Under the pieces are notes generated by a model. It was not told where the DNA came from. It did no database searches and was given only the letters and a program-made list of their open reading frames with translations. This document shows positions 62,317-64,000 of a stretch of DNA of 64,000 nucleotides, in pieces (the first letter of the stretch is position 1; each line of letters begins with the position of its first letter). The stretch lies in the NCBI GenBank assembly GCA_039586365.1, contig JBDHKN010000004.1:1-64000 (forward strand), given 5' to 3'. The DNA is from Gemmatimonadota bacterium. GTDB lineage: Bacteria > Gemmatimonadota > Gemmatimonadetes > Gemmatimonadales > GWC2-71-9. A program made the translations under genes and the position numbers.

Positions 62317-62587
62317 ATGACAAACAGGATTCCGTCCGACATAGAGATAGCCCAGGCCGCCAGGTTGCGCCCTATCAGGGATCTGGCGCTGGAGCTGGGC
62401 TTGACTGACGACGAGTTGAACTGCTTTGGCACCACGAATGCAAAGGTGCGACTCGATGCCCTCGACTCTCGGAAACGGCGGGGCAGGCCTTGCCGGTGAC
62501 ATCATGACCATGCCCGGACTGGTCAGAGTACCGGCAGCGGAATGGATGAAGGTTACCAGACAGGGTAAGTTTGCAAGATTGTCTTAG
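62317..62587 (+). pseudogene. fhs: Formate--tetrahydrofolate ligase pseudogene with large internal deletion
   Basis: N-terminus PSDIEIAQAARLRPI...LGL...AKV joined out of frame to C-terminus AGDIMTMPGL..VPAAE...G...L*. Confidence 0.85.
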
Positions 62588-62618
62588 CATTGGCACGGAC
62601 GATGATTTGGAGCCACAC

Positions 62619-62996
62619 ATGGAATTCATAGCTACCGCAGGTGCGCCGGCCGCTATCGGACCCTACAGTCAGGCGGTCATCGCTGGCGATTTCGTTTTCA
62701 CGGCCGGCCAGATCGCGCTTGATCCAAACAGCATGGAGCTGGTTGGGTCGAACGTGACCGACCAAACGGAACGCGTCTTTGCGAACCTAACGGCCGTGCT
62801 CGAGGCAGCTGGTCTGGGCCTGCAAGACGTTGTCAAGGCCACGGTGTTCCTGGTGGATATGGCCGATTTCGCCGCCATGAATGAGGTATATGGCAAACAC
62901 TTCGGCAACCACAAACCGGCTCGCTCGGCCGTTCAGGTGGCCGCGCTGCCGAAGAACGCGCTGGTGGAGATCGAGGCAGTAGCGCTCAAGTCGTAG
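62619..62996 (+). CDS. ridA: RidA family enamine deaminase
   Basis: APAAIGPYSQA, GQI, F..MNEVY, PARSAV.V..LPK..LVEIE. Confidence 0.93.
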   Translation: MEFIATAGAPAAIGPYSQAVIAGDFVFTAGQIALDPNSMELVGSNVTDQTERVFANLTAVLEAAGLGLQDVVKATVFLVDMADFAAMNEVYGKHFGNHKPARSAVQVAALPKNALVEIEAVALKS

Positions 62997-63410
62997 CCGA
63001 AGCAGGCCTGATGCGCGCTGGCGGATCCATTGGTGCGGGGGATTCGTGATCGCACGACGCTGTCTCTTCTGCGACCCTTGCCTTCTTGCACGTAAGCCCG
63101 AGTGCCATTAGCCCCGGCTCCCGGCTCCCGGCTCCGCGACCATTCCAATTCGCCGTTCATCTCTTACAATTACAACTGGATACCTGCATCGTCGTCCGCT
63201 GCTGAGCTCTGCCGGGCAGGAGGCGAAGGAGTGGGCCCAGCCCCGCCAGCCCGGCCCGTGCAACGGCCAGACAGCGCCGTTCTGGTGTAACCTCAGAGAC
63301 GCAGTCAAACGAGCGCAGCGGACAAGTCAGTGCTTGGCCGGGAGCACCGCTGGGTGGGGAATCGGACGACTAGCCATCGGGACGGGTGAATAGGAGGAAG
63401 GCACGTGGAC

Positions 63411-64000
63411 ATGAATCGCGACATTGAGGCAATACAAGAGAGGATCCAACAGGAGAGTAGTTTCGTTGCTCGGCTCGTTGACGAAGTGGCACGAGTGATA
63501 GTGGGGCAACGCCATATGGTCGAGCGGCTGCTCATAGGATTGCTGGCGGACGGTCACGTTCTCATGGAAGGTGTGCCTGGCTTGGCAAAGACCATGACGG
63601 TTCGGACTCTGGCTCGGGCAATCCAGACATCCTTCCACCGAATCCAGTTCACACCGGACCTCCTACCGGCGGATCTCATCGGTACCCTCGTCTACGATCC
63701 GCAGTCATCTGAATTCAAGACGAAGAAGGGCCCGGTATTCGCCAACATCATCTTGGCGGACGAGATCAACCGCTCACCGGCCAAGGTGCAGTCAGCTCTC
63801 CTGGAGGCAATGCAGGAACGCACTGTCACGATAGGAGAAACCACGTTCCCGCTGGACGTGCCGTTCCTGGTACTGGCTACCCAGAATCCCATTGAGCAGG
63901 AGGGAACCTACCCGTTGCCCGAGGCCCAAGTCGACCGGTTCATGCTGAAGCTATCGGTGGGTTACCCCAACAAGGACGAGGAGCTCGAGATCATGCGCCG
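63411..64000 (+). CDS. MoxR-family AAA+ ATPase (runs off the window end)
   Basis: AGGAGG RBS; EGVPGLAKT, RIQFTPDLLPAD, ADEINR, ATQNPIEQEGTYPLPEAQVDRF. Confidence 0.93.
   Translation, partial: MNRDIEAIQERIQQESSFVARLVDEVARVIVGQRHMVERLLIGLLADGHVLMEGVPGLAKTMTVRTLARAIQTSFHRIQFTPDLLPADLIGTLVYDPQSSEFKTKKGPVFANIILADEINRSPAKVQSALLEAMQERTVTIGETTFPLDVPFLVLATQNPIEQEGTYPLPEAQVDRFMLKLSVGYPNKDEELEIMR

Noticed and set aside
62590..62608. sigma54-like TTGGCACG before ridA
   Set aside because: The -12 element reads ATGA rather than TTGC, and the TSS would almost coincide with the start codon.
63111..63136. Short tandem repeat (CCCGGCT)x3
   Set aside because: Too short and spacer-less; not a CRISPR array or a meaningful VNTR.

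Overview
GC-rich bacterial chromosomal segment. Gene order and content look like Gemmatimonadota (inference). Most of the window is housekeeping operons: pepA-OM protein; yicC-gmk-rpoZ-coaBC-udg-dnaB-radA-ispD-tsaC-ptp-aroE-comF; gap-pgk-tpiA-secG-carA; hup; moaDE-trmL-mdh; CIRCE-groESL; serS-HK-pcrA; murA-pgeF; rimP-nusA-infB-rbfA-truB-ribF; secDF-tatD; ridA; and the start of a MoxR gene. I saw no rRNA, tRNA, CRISPR array, integrase or transposase. The most interesting items are: (1) a secreted protein + HEAT-repeat + HD-GYP three-gene module whose two large proteins share an N-terminal 'YPEGH' domain; (2) a kinase-less PAS-PAS-PAS-pseudoreceiver gene behind an IHF + sigma54-type promoter; (3) a ~180-nt rod-like candidate ncRNA with an extended -10 promoter; (4) an OmpA-like beta-barrel fused to an NlpC/P60 peptidase; (5) several collapsed pseudogenes the ORF track misses or only partly shows (fhs and an AhpD-like gene keeping both termini, a gatC stub, possibly ytxH); (6) a Cys->Asp fosfomycin-insensitive-type MurA, a PTPS-II-type pterin synthase and a CTG-initiated truB. 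All family calls come from motif recognition by eye, with no database searches.
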